From positions 1-50,486 of the forward strand of contig NW_021835132.1 of NCBI RefSeq assembly GCF_006345805.1: 50,486 bases of DNA, written 5' to 3'. The first letter of the stretch is position 1; every line of letters begins with the position of its first letter. Both the position numbers and the translations under genes were made by a program. The DNA is from Octopus sinensis. Lineage: Eukaryota. Under the pieces are notes generated by a model. The model saw nothing but the letters and a program-made list of their open reading frames with translations. It was not told the DNA's origin and did not search any database. This document shows, one piece after another, positions 36,360 through 49,555 of the stretch.

Positions 36360-36787
36360 GTATATGTTTTCAAGAATATTTTTATTTCGTTATTTTTAGC
36401 GTATATACACATGCGTTATTGGAAAGGAGATAATATATTACTTTGAGCGTTATGAGATTTATAGAAAATGACTAGGACTAGAAATAATACACAGAGAAGA
36501 GAAGAGGACAAGCATTGATGTGAATACAGTAAGAAGTAAAGAGAGAGATTAAGACGGGAAATGTCTTATGAAATAGTTTACATGATTAGTATAGAACTGC
36601 ATTTTCCAAGGTAAGGATGAGTCAATTTAATCGGCTCAAGTACGTAACTAGTACTTGTGTTATCGACACAAAATGATAAGAGGTAAAGTCGACTTTGGTT
36701 CATTTGAACTCAGAATGGTGGTGGTGGTGATGCTGTGGTGATGCTGCTGATGATGACGATGACGATGAATATTATGATTAACAACTC

Positions 36788-37193
36788 TCTCTTTTACTCT
36801 TTTACTTGTTTCAGTCATTTGACTGCGGCCATGCTGGAGCACCGCCCTTAGTCGAATCAAATCGACCCCGGGACTTATTCTTTGTAAGCCAAGTACTTAT
36901 TCTATCGGTCTGTTTTGCCGAACCGCTAAGTGACGGCGACATAAACACACCAGCATCGGTTGTCAAGCAATGCTAGGGGGACAAATGCAGACACACAAAC
37001 ATACACACACACATATATATATATATATACATATATACTACGGGCTTCTTTCAGTTTCCGTCTACCAAATCCACTCACAAGGCTTTGGTCGGCCCGAGGC
37101 TATAGTAGAAGACACTTGCCCAAGATGCCACGCAGTGGGACTGAAGCCGGAACCATGTGGCTGGTAAGCAAGCTACTTACCACACAGCCACTC
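36788..37193 (-). mobile_element. SINE family B, near full length
   Basis: Family B motifs; head abuts a Helitron. Confidence 0.9.
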
Positions 37194-37573
37194 CTTTATA
37201 TATATAAATCTAAAGTTGTCTGTGTATGGCAGGTTTGGTAGCCTTCAACTAACACTATCTCCTCCGAGACCCTGCGGCACAAGTTGACCAAAATTGAGAG
37301 TATGATAGAAGAAGGTTTGCTCTTTCTATCGTAGAAATCGGACCATGTTAACGCCAAAAACTATTTACATCAAAAAAGTACTTTTTTTCTATGAAAATCC
37401 CTATCTTTTACGATTTTTTGACTACTGTGTCGCCAGTTTTCGGTGTATTTCAACCAGAAAAATGTTCACTTAAAGAGAATAACAAGCTACATGATGCAAA
37501 AGTTTTACTTTTCAAAAATTCCAATTCTAAAGGGTCGAAACAAACCCGAGCAACGCCGGGCGATATTGATAGT
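37194..37573 (+). mobile_element. Non-autonomous Helitron
   Basis: 5' (C)TTTATATATATAAAT start; 3' hairpin CCCGAGC-AAC-GC-CGGG 10 nt before ATAGT (cf. CTAGT); no TIR or TSD. Confidence 0.7.
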
Positions 37574-38327
37574 CTTATTATATAATAACGACACTGTATA
37601 GCAAATTGTATTTGCTTGACAAAATAACTTATGCAAATGTATATTTGAACAATTCAGCGCATAGAGAAATGGATTTCTCTAGTGTAAATACGCAACTATT
37701 TGCTCACGTATATTTATTAATATACTTTTACTCTGGATATTTATGCATTTAATTCTGTATATAATTATCTATATAGTTTCTTATTTGGCCAATACATCAT
37801 GTCTTAGTCACTCATTCTGTTGCGGCTGCGTCCATTTTGTTTCATGTGTATAGATTTGTAAACGTAACATAAGCATCAATCTTTTATAAAATATTTCAGT
37901 AATTTTTTTTTACACCAAGTTGTAGTGTTTTTGTTTTACTTTCATATATAATTCAAAGAACAATGATGGATTTTTTGCTGACACTTTTAAAGGTCCTCTC
38001 TCTCGATTAGTTAGGTAATCAATTAAGTACAAGTTGTGTTTAAATTCATACAGCTAAGCAGCTTGAAGGAAAATCATGCCTCGGATGACTAGACTAGGAT
38101 GACTGACAAAGCTGGGATGCCTAACTAGGATGACTAGGTCAAGCGATTAACTAGGTGTCCAATATTGGGTGGCTGTTTATAGCAACTTTGAGGAAATTTA
38201 ATATAAATTACGAAACGGCAACCCTATTCAAAACAGGCAACAACCACATATTTGAAAAACTCAAATGATATTGCATAAAATTTACAAAATCTAACAAGAT
38301 GTATAGCATACTTCAGCATTCTTTTCT

Positions 38328-38705
38328 ACTCAAGGCACAAGGCCTGAAATGTTGGAGAAAGCGGCCAGTCGATTAGATCGACACTAGTACGCAATTTATC
38401 GCCCCCCCCCCGAAAGAATGAAAGGCAAAGTCAACCGCGGCGGAATTTGGACTCAGAACATATAGACAGACGAAATACCTATTTCTTTACTACCCACAGG
38501 GGGCTAAACATAGAGGGGACAAACAAGGACAGACAAACAGATTAAGTCGATTATATCGACCCCAGTGCGTAGATGGTACTTAATTTATCGACCCCGAAAG
38601 GATGAAAGGCAAAGTCGACCTCGGCGGAATTTGAACTCAGAACATTATAGACAGACGAAATACCGCTAAGCATTTCGCCCAGCGTGCTAACGTTTCTGCC
38701 AGCTC
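38328..38705 (-). mobile_element. SINE family A chimeric dimer (tail type 2 then tail type 1)
   Basis: Same architecture as 29916-30311. Confidence 0.85.
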
Positions 38706-39587
38706 TACAGATACTAACGATTCAGTTTTAAAAAATTGGGTGATAGTACTTTGCTATCTGCTAGCCTTATATAACATTGAAAGATAACAAAACAAAAAAA
38801 AATGACTTCTTAGTAAATCAAAATTGCAGATTAATATACGAACAGATATACGAATTGTAGATTAATATGCTATAACACACCGGTATTCTAATAATTAAAG
38901 AAACCCCGGGTTCTTTATTTAGGGAAAAACAACACTTCGGATATCTAAGAGTGTGGCATACAGTCTATCCATTTCGATTGAGTACAATGTTATCCGTCTG
39001 TTACAAAACTCATTCCTCTATAAATTTTATTTTTGTTTTCCCGATTAATGATTTTGACATTAATGTTATAATACATTTTAATAATTTCACTTCTACTATG
39101 AAATCTTTTAAATAAGAAGGTGAGAGCCCTTCAACATCAACATAACAAGCAATGATCTTGACTAAGAGTATGCTATTTGATGGTCCTGTACATCATGGCA
39201 ACAGCCCAAAAGGATCCGCGTCATAAGAAATAGTAATGTACAGAGATTATGGGTTGATAATCTCCGGTTATAAAAGCCGCCAATACATTCAAGAAACTTC
39301 TGGTAGTAATATACAGAGAATTAGAATAAAAAATTATCAGCAAAACTTACTTAAGTTTCGGAAATATTTCAAATATCATGTTATGTATTACGCATTCTAT
39401 ATACAATGTAGGAAGAAGGCTTCTTATTATACATTTAAACAATATACCTCCATAGCATTTCTACACAATAGAAATTATAACTAATCACATTCAGTAAAAA
39501 TACTTAGTCAAAAATATTGCAGAATGTATCCTTTGAAAAGAACATATCCAACCACGCTGTATATTTATACAAGGTTTATTCTATATA

Positions 39588-40085
39588 CCGTAAATCCTCG
39601 AGTATAGTCCGCCCTTGAGTATAATACGCAGGGGATTTTTAGCGGGCTGTACTTCTGAAAAACCTAAACCTTTTGTATAATACGCCCCCCTTCTCTAACT
39701 TAAATCGTGCGTAATTAAGCCAGCAGCACCTAGTCGAACAAACACTTCCGCACATGCGTAATACAATAATGGTGATGTTCTTAACTGTTATATGGGAATG
39801 TAAATATATTTGCAAATTGTTTTTGCTGAATACTTTTATTTTAATAAATGTTGTTTACTAAAAGTTATGGATGATTCTTTTATGACTTCATTGCTTTCAG
39901 GCTTAGCTTAAGGTATTTTCACTCCCGACATCACAAAATGCGTCTGAATAAACATTGCCGGGCAGGAAATAGAGACTCGGACATTGCTTAGGAAATATTT
40001 TTCATTTTTAACCTCGTATATAGTACGCACTATTTGACCTTTAAATTTTGAGGAAAAAATGCGGATTATACTCGAGGATTTACAG
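39588..40085. mobile_element. Tc2/pogo-type MITE (498 bp) with TIRs and TA TSD
   Basis: CCGTAAATCCTCGAGTATAGTCCGC versus reverse-complemented CTGTAAATCCTCGAGTATAATCCGC (23/25); TA at 39586-87 and 40086-87; subterminal GTATAATACGC repeats. Confidence 0.9.
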
Positions 40086-40857
40086 TATTTATACAAATGT
40101 CTATGCATAGTCGTCACTCCACTCGGAAGCGAGTACCGCCTAGCTGCGTGTATCAAACTGTTGCGTATGTTGTGGCAAGCGGACCCGCTCTTTCGGCCCT
40201 ACCGCCCTTGACCCTGCAGAAAATCGAAAATCTGACAGTTGGACGGAAAGATGCCTGTGCCAGTATTAGGTTGGCGCTCATTAGGACTATTGAGTATTAG
40301 GTCTACTGAGCAGAAGAAAGCAACTTGAAAGGATGTGCCTTACTCAAAGATACAAAGTATCGCCTAGGTCAAGAATCGAACCAGTGATGTTATGACTGTG
40401 TACTCCATACCTTACTCACTAGGTCACCTGTATTTTCACGTAGACACAGAATAGCTGCATAAAGAAGAAGATACACCTGGAATGCTTTTAATGAAATTCT
40501 TGTTCGGTAAAGACTGATCTCAGGCTAAACAATGATGGGTCAAAAGAAAAGGGAAATTAAAGAAAAACTGTAATGCAAGGAGAATCAAATATGACAAACC
40601 TTCAACGTCAGCAAAAGGGGAGAGAAAAAAAAATAGATGATTCAACTCATACCCAAATGACTAAGCGTCTAGTAATTGTGAAATATTGCCAATCATTTAC
40701 TGATGTTGATAAAAGGGCATTCCCTTCATGAACCACAAATATCACACACAGTTCAAATGGCACGAATCATAGTCATTTCGATATCAGTCACAGGATTAAC
40801 CATACAAATAAGAGCGATCGGTATTAACTACCTGGATGTCACATTAGCAATGACGCG

Positions 40858-41254
40858 TTTACTTAATGGCATAGTTCCGGGTTCAGTCCCACTGCGTGGC
40901 ACCTTGGGCAAATGTCTTCTACTATAGATTCGGGCCGACCAAAGCCTTGTGAGTAGATTTGGTAGACGGAAATTGAAAGAAGCCTGGCGTATATATGTAT
41001 ATGTATATATATGTATATGTGTATGTGTGTGTGTGTTTGTGTGTCTGTGTTTGTTCCCCCAACATCGCTTGACAACCGATGCTGGTGGGTTTACGTCCCC
41101 GTAACTTAGCGGTTCAGCAAAAGAGACCGATAGAATAAGTACTAGGCTTACAAAGAATAAGTCCTGGGGTCGATTTGCTCGACTAAAGGCAGTGCTCCAG
41201 GATGGCCACAGTCAAATGACTGAAACAAGAAAAAGAGTAAAAGAGTAGAAAGAG
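40858..41254 (+). mobile_element. SINE family B, eroded head
   Basis: Family B body, microsatellite and AAAAGAGT tail. Confidence 0.88.
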
Positions 41255-41258
41255 AAAC

Positions 41259-41434
41259 AACATTGAAAAAATACGTAGGAATGAGAACCCAGGTTCGAAA
41301 TTTCCCCCAAGACACCGGATGGAGGCTGGAGAGTATATCAGCCGAAACGTTGTGTTAACAACAAACAAGATGAGGACAAATATCCGTCAAATGTAAATAA
41401 TGTACATAATTCCTCATCTCTTAAATATAGAACT
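41259..41434 (+). mobile_element. Repeat family F with a mutated hammerhead (41312-41355)
   Basis: ACAC-CGGATGG-A-GGCTG(10 nt)CAGCC-GAAAC-GTT-GTGT: all stems intact, two core substitutions. Confidence 0.75.
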
Positions 41435-43085
41435 ATTTCTGTGTACTTTTTTTAAAATCTTAATTCAGTAGGATTTTAGCTTTCTAAAACTTCTTACCAA
41501 AACACAGTTCACTATACAACCAAACACTGTACTACACTTTATATTATTCTTGTCTCGCAACGAGTTTGAAATGCAAACTAACAACCAGAAAATAAAGAGC
41601 CTATAGATACCGGCTTTGTTCTATCAGATGCACGATTATAAAAGCCAAAAACAAAATAAACGTAAATATCCATAAATTTGAAAAGGAATAAACAGTTTCT
41701 TGTTTATATGTAAACCTAATATATATTCTATTATCTGACTGAAGATAATGTATTTATCTTTAGTCTTATTCACTACATCTGCGTAAATGCAATAACTGTT
41801 TTTCTTTATCGGTTTTGTCGTCCACACAATAAAGAAATGATATTTTATGATACTTGAGTAAATTCCACGATCGGAAATGTCTATCTACAGAAATTATCAA
41901 GGCTTTTGTGTCGATGTGCCTCAGCATAAATTCATTCTAGGAATAAAGTATAGCAATGTATTTACCGAAATCTTTTGGCAAAGTAAATAAAACCTTAATG
42001 TAGGAATATTACATTCTATAATGGAATCTAATACGAACAGAATTAAATAGAATTTCTCTTTATTGCTTTTCGCTGACACACATTGCGTAGGAAACATTTT
42101 TCTTACTGATCGCAACGATATTCTGAGAGAGAAGGACGTGTGCAATGCCTAAGATACCTCCTTTATGCTTACAGATTTCGTCGTCGATGGTGTCAGCTGA
42201 GATTTAAGGCGGTTCATATTTTAAATCCATCTGTTTTAACAGTAGTTTGGCAGCTTCGCGCTCTATACTGTAAATCCAAATGGCGTTCTCTCCGAAGTAA
42301 ACGCTTCTTTTCTTTTCTTTTCTTTTCATTTTTTCCCCCTCTTTACAAATCAGCGACAATATTAATCGATTTCCTGCCTATTTGTATTTATTTTTTCTAT
42401 TTTACTCGAAATTAGTTACCAATTTCGTTTAATCGTTTTCCACAGCTTAGTAAGCTAATACAGTTTCTGTGTGAATTGAAATATATTTCCAGAAAGATTA
42501 TTCTGTTAAATCCCACTTATGGAATGTGCCAGTAATCAATAGAAATAAGTGAAAAAAAATATAGAAGCAATAATAAAAATGAATAAAATATACAAAGAAA
42601 AGAAAAGGCATACATGCTTGGAATTGCATTTATCAAATTTCAAAAACCGTTTTTTGATAACTTTTTATTATTAAACACTTTTATTTTTTTTGTTTATTAG
42701 ATATCATCTTGCCGAAGCAATTTAGAAATCAACATTAATTGCCCTCGGTTAGAATTATCACATCTAATCAAATATAGTCACCTATTTCGTATTTTATCTT
42801 GGTTTTAGTAACTTTATCTTCGGCTTTCAATTGAAATTAAATGATATGAAATGGATGAAGTAAAAATATTATGAACCGAAATGGAATGAAAGATAATCTG
42901 AGTTTTAGATGTTTGCATTCAGTTAGCTTCTTTCTCTCTCTCTACTTTCTTCTCTTTCTTTTTTTCAACGTTTCTCTGTATATATATATCCATCGATCGA
43001 TCGAGCTATCTATCAATTTGCCATTAATCTGTCCATCTATCCCACAGATCGAACTGGTTGCTGGGTACCACATATAGAAACATAT

Positions 43086-43306
43086 ACTCTTTTTAACTCT
43101 TTTACTCTTTTACTTGTTTCAGTCATTTGACAGCGGCCATGCTGGGGCACCACCTTTAGTCGAGCAAATCGACCCCGGGACTTATTCTTTGTAAGCCCAG
43201 TACTTATTCTATCGGTTCTCTTTTGCCGAACGGCTTCGTGACGGGGACGTAAACACACCAGTATCGGTTGCCAAGCAATGCTAGGGTGACAAACACACAA
43301 ACATAA

Positions 43307-43339
<33 letters not shown>

Positions 43340-43504
43340 CATATATACGACAGGCTTCTTTCAGTTTCCGTCTACCAAATCCACTCACAAGGCATTGGTC
43401 GGCCCGGGGCTATAGCAGAAGACACTTGTCCCAAGATGCCAGGCAGTGAGACTGAACCCGCAACCGTGTGGTTGGTTAGCAAGCTACTTACCACACAGCC
43501 ACTC
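43086..43504 (-). mobile_element. SINE family B, near full length
   Basis: Family B motifs. Confidence 0.9.
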
Positions 43505-43530
43505 AAAATTATCAAAACTGTGACACACAT

Positions 43531-43562
<32 letters not shown>

Positions 43563-43584
43563 AACAAAGATAAACACGCATATA

Positions 43585-43893
43585 TACGAGTAGATCCTGG
43601 AAAGTTTCTGGAATTAAGGGTGTCGCGAAAGGCCTAGCTGGAGGCCCAACATTCCAAGTTCTTTCAAAGGGCTTAGAGAACCTGAAGGACCTCTGCAATA
43701 AGTGTATAAATCTTAAGGGAGAATATGTTGAATAAATTCATAATTAACTGATCTTATATATAGATCAACCGATCGATCGATCGCTAGCTAGAGATGTATA
43801 TACATACATGCATGCATACATACATACATACATACATACATACATACATACATACATACATACATACATACGTACGTACGTACGTACATACAA

Positions 43894-43926
<33 letters not shown>

Positions 43927-43933
43927 CATACAT

Positions 43934-43964
<31 letters not shown>

Positions 43965-44291
43965 CATACATACATATATACATACATACACACACATATA
44001 TACATATATACATACATACATACATAAATACACACACACACACATATACATATATACATATATATATATATATGACTATTCGGTGGTACAGAAGTATTTT
44101 TTGACTTCTATCATTAGCGATATAGGTACTCATTCCAAGTTCTTTCAACGGGCTTAGAGAACCTGAAGGACCACTGCAATAAGTATATGAATCTTAATTA
44201 AGGAAGAATATGTTGAATAAATTCATAATTAACTGATCTTCCTGTAACTTCTTTTACTCAAAAGCCAGGAACATTTCAACACCACTCCGTA
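43585..44291 (+). mobile_element. Mariner-derived miniature element disrupted by a tandem duplication
   Basis: TACGAG.. left end and ..CCACTCCGTA right end are degenerate TIRs. The C-terminal remnant (FQRA/KG)LENLKDLCNKCINLKGEYVE* (cf. mariner GI.KL..RW.KCI...G.YVE) occurs twice. Confidence 0.7.
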
Positions 44292-44357
44292 TATAGATCA
44301 ACCGATCGATCGATCGCTAGCTAGATAGAGATGTATATACATACATGCATGCATACA

Positions 44358-44760
44358 GGCGCAGGAGTGGCTGTGTGGTAAGTAGCTTGCTTACCAACCA
44401 CATGGTTCCGGGTTCAGTCCCACTGCGTGGCACCTTGGGCAAGTGTCTTCTACTATAGCCTCGGGCCGACCAATGCCTTGTGAGTGGATTTGGTAGACGG
44501 AAACTGAAAGAAGCCTGTCGTATATGGTATATGTTATATGTGTATGTGTGTCTGTGTTTGTCCCCCTAGCATTGCTTGACACCGATGTCTGGTGTGTTTA
44601 TGTCCCCGTTACTTAGCGGTTCCGCAAAGAGACCGATAGAATAAGTACTGGGCTTACAAAAAGAATAAGTCCCGGGGTCGAGTTGCTCGATTAAAGGCGG
44701 TGCTCCAGCATGGCTGCAGTCAAATGACTGAAACAAGTAAAAAGAGTAAAAAAAAAGAGT
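44358..44760 (+). mobile_element. SINE family B, full length
   Basis: GGCGCAGGAGTGGCTGTGTGG head through AAAAGAGT tail. Confidence 0.92.
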
Positions 44761-44761
44761 A

Positions 44762-44926
44762 TACTTACATACATACATACATACATACATACATTATTAT
44801 GGCTGCCCCCTCGTTATCGAGTATGGCCATTGCACGAAGCTTAACTGTTATTTGTGCTGTGATCGAATGTGACTTTTTAGCCCAGCTAAAGATCTACAAT
44901 GTCTTGTACAAAATTAGCAACTAAAC
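44762..44926 (-). mobile_element. 3' end of an RTE-type LINE with a C-terminal zinc finger and (TATG)n tail
   Basis: Minus strand FSC*FCTRHCRSLAGLKSHIRSQHK* plus a short 3' UTR; homologous to 47134-47375 and 49215-49303. Confidence 0.75.
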
Positions 44927-45229
44927 ATACATACATACATACCTAAATACACACACACACACATACATATATACATATATACATATATATATGACTATTC
45001 GGTGGTACAGAAGTATTTTTTTGAATTCTATCATTAGTGATATAGGTACTCATGTAGTACCCTTGTGTATAGAAGTACATATCTAATATTGTATCTATAT
45101 ATTTTATTAATTTGCCTGTACGGCTGATAATTCGCTTACCACTTATATTTATATATATATATATATATATATATCAAAGAAATATTGAATTTCTAAATCT
45201 CTCGTAGAGAGATGTACGGTGGTGGGACG

Positions 45230-45479
45230 ATAGAATGTGTTGTATACTGTCAATCTAACAAGAACGTGACAGTAGGGTGCTACACCACCGTTGTATAGCC
45301 CTAGGAGGCATCGAACGCCTCTGACAGCTTCGTCACATTTTTTTTCCCTGGGACACAGGGACACAGGGAAAAAATGTGTCCGAAGCTGTCAGGAGGCGTT
45401 CGATGCCTCCTAGGGCTATACAACGGTGGTGTACCCCCTACTGTCACGTTCTTGTTAGATTGACAGTATACAACCATTC

Positions 45480-45482
<3 letters not shown>
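45230..45482. repeat. Long imperfect palindrome, ~120-bp arms and 13-bp spacer, between (TA)n arrays
   Basis: 45230-45350 is the reverse complement of 45364-45482 with few differences. Confidence 0.92.
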
Positions 45483-45510
<28 letters not shown>

Positions 45511-45511
45511 G

Positions 45512-45545
<34 letters not shown>

Positions 45546-46102
45546 TGTATGTATGTATGTATGTATGTATGTATGTATGTATGTATGCATGTATGTATGT
45601 ATGTATGTATGTATGTATGTATGTATGTATGTATGTATGTATGTATGTGTCTGTGTGTATGTGTGTGAATATTTAACGGTGAATGCATGCGTGAATGTTT
45701 ATAGTGGTAGGCCTGAGCTTTGTGCCAAGTTCTCAGAAATTTTACGCAAGGTCATGTCTTTTCACGAAGAAGGTCACACTCTGTGACTTTTATGATACAA
45801 TCTATTAGCTTAGCGCTGTCGAGTAACGCTCGCAGTGCACAGTCACACAGGCACAGACGCGCACACATATAAACAGAACTGAATATCACAGACACACAAA
45901 TACACTCACACACACACACATGTGCGTCTGTATATGTGTGTTTATGTGTGCGTATATGTATATATGCTCATATATATGTGTGTGTGTGTGTGGATGCTTG
46001 CATCAGTGCGTGCGTGTGTGTGTACATGTGTGAGTGATCCTTTAATCGAAGTTACACGATATGAGCAACTCCAAAATCCGTATCTATTTATTTATTCATT
46101 TA

Positions 46103-46525
<423 letters not shown>

Positions 46526-46541
46526 TTGCTTTTCTTTTAAG

Positions 46542-46595
46542 TGGGATCAGCTCCACAAATGGAGAATTTCCTGAAAACGCGCGTAGTATTCGAAG
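46542..46595 (+). CDS. Candidate 54-nt symmetric exon of an unidentified gene
   Basis: TTTGCTTTTCTTTTAAG acceptor and AAG/GTAATG donor; two open frames (GSAPQMENFLKTRVVFE or GISSTNGEFPENARSIR). Confidence 0.3.
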
Positions 46596-46947
46596 GTAAT
46601 GTTGTACTATAAACGAGCGATCTTAACAGAAAAGCGTAAACGCGTGTAAAGTGGTGTGTTGCAAACTGGGATGAAAGTGGATCTCTTGGATGATTTATTT
46701 GGCGATAGTTAAACATGTCCAAAGTAAAACTTACATGCCTTTCGAAACCTGGATGTACGCCAAACTTTTATAAAACAACTTCCAACGTATATGTAGAAGT
46801 TGTTTTAAGAAATGGAAATAGATAATGTGTTCCAGCCAAGCTGTCATATTTTATCGATGCATGTATAAAATCTAAAATCCGAAACCTGAAATCTGAAATC
46901 TGAAACACTAAGTCCCAATTATTTCGAACGAAGGATTCTCAATTACA

Positions 46948-47095
46948 TATACCTACCTACCTACCTACCTACCTACCTACCTACCTACCTACCTACCTAC
47001 CTACCTACCTACCTACCTACCTACATACATACCTACCTACCTACCTACCTACCTACCTACCTACATACATACATACATACCTACCTACCTACGTA
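46948..47095. repeat. (TACC)n array
   Basis: Directly visible. Confidence 0.97.
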
Positions 47096-47133
47096 TGTAT
47101 ATACATGTATGGATATATATATATATATATACA

Positions 47134-47375
47134 CATACATACATACATACATGATGGCTGCTCCAACCCCATTTTCGAGTATGGCCATTGAACGAAGCTT
47201 AACTGTTGTTGGTGCTGTGATCGAATGTGACTTTTTAGCCCAGCTAAAGATCTACAATGTCTTGTACAGAATTGGCAGCTAAAACCTTTACTGGTAATAG
47301 CCGGCTGTAGTTGTAACTAGGCTTCATTTACCTTTGCATGCCGTTGAAGTCCTCCTGACATCCCTCCTCACTTTC
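47134..47375 (-). mobile_element. 3' end of the RTE-type zinc-finger LINE (longest copy)
   Basis: KGFSCQFCTRHCRSLAGLKSHIRSQH, a CxxC..SLAGLKSH.R..H finger; (TACA)n on both sides. Confidence 0.8.
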
Positions 47376-47399
47376 TCATATATACATACATACATGCAT

Positions 47400-47556
47400 A
47401 GTGGCTGTGTGGTAAGTAGCTTGCTTACAAACCACAAGGTTACGGGTTCAGTCCCAATGCGTGGCACCTTGGGCAAGTGAATTATACTATAGAATCGGGC
47501 CGACCAAAGCTTTGTGAGTGGATTTAGTAGACGGGGACTGAAAGAAGCCTGTCGTA

Positions 47557-47603
<47 letters not shown>

Positions 47604-47813
47604 GCGTGTATATGTTTGTGTCTGTGTTCGTCCCCCAACATCACTTGACAACCGATGGTAGTGTGTTTACGTCCCCATCACTTAGCGGTTCCGCAAAAGA
47701 GACCGATAAAATAAGTACTAGGCTTACAAAGAATAAGTCCTGGAGTCGATTTGCTCGACTAAACGCGGTGCTTCAGCATGGCCTCAATCAAATGACTGAA
47801 ACGAATAAAGAGT
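47400..47813 (+). mobile_element. SINE family B, near full length
   Basis: Family B motifs. Confidence 0.9.
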
Positions 47814-47832
47814 AACCCACGCCAATATACTA

Positions 47833-47883
<51 letters not shown>

Positions 47884-48372
47884 AACTACTGCTACTTCTA
47901 CTACTAGTTGTTTCTTTATAACTTCTACAGACTACTCTAAGCTTAGTGACTTCCAACAACTGGATCCTTTTTGTTTCAAATGTTCCTTTAACTTACTAAT
48001 CGCCGTATCTAACTAATCGCACATCATGTTTAAATATTTTGGGGAGAATTATACCCTTCTCCCGTTGTATAAAATTGTATAGTTATTATTCCCTAAACTC
48101 CCAGCTGTTGATATTTTCCATGGTATCTTCCTTTACTATGGATTTATTGATAACGTAGGCTCCAACATTCAAATACTGCATCAGAAAAACTCTTTCGCAT
48201 TCTCTGAAGAGGTTTCATAATAATCGAAAGGAAATTGCATTCTGTAAAGATATTGTATACAAATATGCAAGCGTAAATGCGGACATACTTACATGCATAC
48301 ATACATGTATACATACATATATAGAAAAAACATATATCTATCAATATACGAATATATAAACATATATATATG

Positions 48373-48403
<31 letters not shown>

Positions 48404-49084
48404 ATATATATTATATATATATATAATATATATATATATCTATATTAATATATATATAATATATATATATACTTATATATTATATATATATATATATATA
48501 TATTCTATATATATAAATATATACACCCATATAATTATTATCAGTGAGTTCCTCTGACTAAGAGATATCCTCTCTTCTTTACAGTGTATGTATATTAGTT
48601 TTTTATCCGCCTTGTTCATAATACACACACACATATTTACATTTAGCAAAACATCTACACAAATATACCCACATGCATGTATATGTATATATGTATATAT
48701 GTATATGTATGTGTTTATATATATTTATGCACATATATGTATATATATTATATATTGTGAGACACACACGGCTATATGTGCGTGTATATTATATATATAT
48801 ATCATATACGAAAGAATATGCATATATAAATATATTGATAGTATATTTAAGGTACATACATTCATGCATACAAGCACACACGTATTTTATATAGTATACA
48901 TATTATGATATATTATATATATATATATATATAGTATAGTATATATATATACATATGTAATATATGACATATATATATATTATATAGGTAGAAAATAACT
49001 TTTTGCATTTTGATTATGACTACCTATTATATACGTTTTTATTATTACCTTATTATCGTTATTATTATTATTATTTTAATTGCC

Positions 49085-49117
<33 letters not shown>

Positions 49118-49214
49118 TATGTGTGTGCGTGTGTATTTATGCATGCATGTGTGTGTGTCTGTATATATATATATATATACCCATTCTTACGTAAATGCAT
49201 ACGTACATATATAC

Positions 49215-49300
49215 ATGATGGTGATGGCTGCCCCCTCGTTATCAAGTATGGCCTTTGCACGAGGCTTAACTGTTAATGGTGCTGTGATCGAACGTGACTT

Positions 49301-49303
<3 letters not shown>
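49215..49303 (-). mobile_element. Short 3' end of the RTE-type zinc-finger LINE
   Basis: KSHVRSQHH* plus the same 3' UTR as the other two copies. Confidence 0.75.
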
Positions 49304-49332
<29 letters not shown>

Positions 49333-49555
49333 CATACATACATACATACATAGATGTACACGCTCTCGGATGTTTAAGAAATACAGGTTGTGCAAGCTGT
49401 TCCATGAAATAAGGATTTAATATAGTGAAGTGATAATGATGATACAAGAACTGTAAGAGGAAGAAAATAGCAAATCATTTCAGATAGTAAATTTGGCACA
49501 AGAAGTACAATGGATAACGTGAGAGAAAGTGTCCTCTGAATGCATCTCAGCTTGT

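Noticed and set aside
38085-38160. Short degenerate GGATGACTAG repeats
   Set aside because: Few, imperfect copies; no associated structure identified.
40090-40300. GC-rich island / 67-aa ORF
   Set aside because: No recognisable motif or coherent splice pair.
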